Below, piece after piece: positions 47,965-48,065 of a DNA stretch of 48,065 bases. The position numbers were made by a program, and so were the translations under genes. The stretch's first letter is position 1; every line of letters begins with the position of its first letter. The DNA is from an uncultured Methanobacteriaceae archaeon (lineage in GTDB: Archaea > Methanobacteriota > Methanobacteria > Methanobacteriales > Methanobacteriaceae). The notes under the pieces were generated by a model. That model made no database searches, was not told where the DNA came from, and saw nothing but the letters and a program-made list of their open reading frames with translations. Location: positions 1-48,065 of the forward strand of contig CAZJLS010000005.1 in the NCBI GenBank assembly GCA_964547125.1, read 5' to 3'.

Positions 47965-48065
47965 AATTTTTCTCATTACTTTTTTTTAAGCTATTCTTTA
48001 ATTCTTTTTTTAATTAATATCTTATTTTAAAGGGGAGCATCTTTTTTAGTGAAATAAATATATGA

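Overview
This is a strongly AT-rich window (roughly 70% A+T by eye, not computed) with archaeal gene organisation. It looks like a chromosomal region of a host-associated Methanobrevibacter-like methanogen. Coding density is high and most genes are on the minus strand. Housekeeping or metabolic genes include a pdxS 5' fragment, a dGTPase-like HD hydrolase, a MurT-like Mur ligase, an OYE-like flavin oxidoreductase, Tag glycosylase, E. coli-type gshA, tRNA-splicing endonuclease, a SulP transporter, UspA, a GT2 glycosyltransferase, AzlCD, a nitroreductase and an Isf-like flavoprotein plus GNAT. Accessory content is typical of gut methanogens: a bacterial-type bile-salt hydrolase, two large adhesin-like proteins with beta-helix and Ig-like repeats (one carrying a papain-like protease domain), and many small zinc-ribbon proteins with C-terminal membrane anchors. 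No rRNA, tRNA or CRISPR array was recognised. The most unusual loci are four. (1) A same-strand trio of a ThiS/MoaD-like ubiquitin-like protein ending in GG, a GCS-family carboxylate-amine ligase and a class-II Ntn amidohydrolase (41.7-44.3 kb), which may be a Ubl-conjugation or peptide-modification system or a gamma-glutamyl pathway. (2) A translationally coupled dGTPase-like / voltage-gated K+ channel / DUF4258-like operon (0.2-3.1 kb). (3) A standalone 741-aa ABC-type ATPase with a coiled-coil insertion, a degenerate P-loop and a possible HEPN-like Rx6H motif (4.8-7.0 kb). (4) A HIRAN-domain three-gene cassette (34.0-35.4 kb). All assignments rest on motif recognition in the supplied translations. 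No database searches were run.
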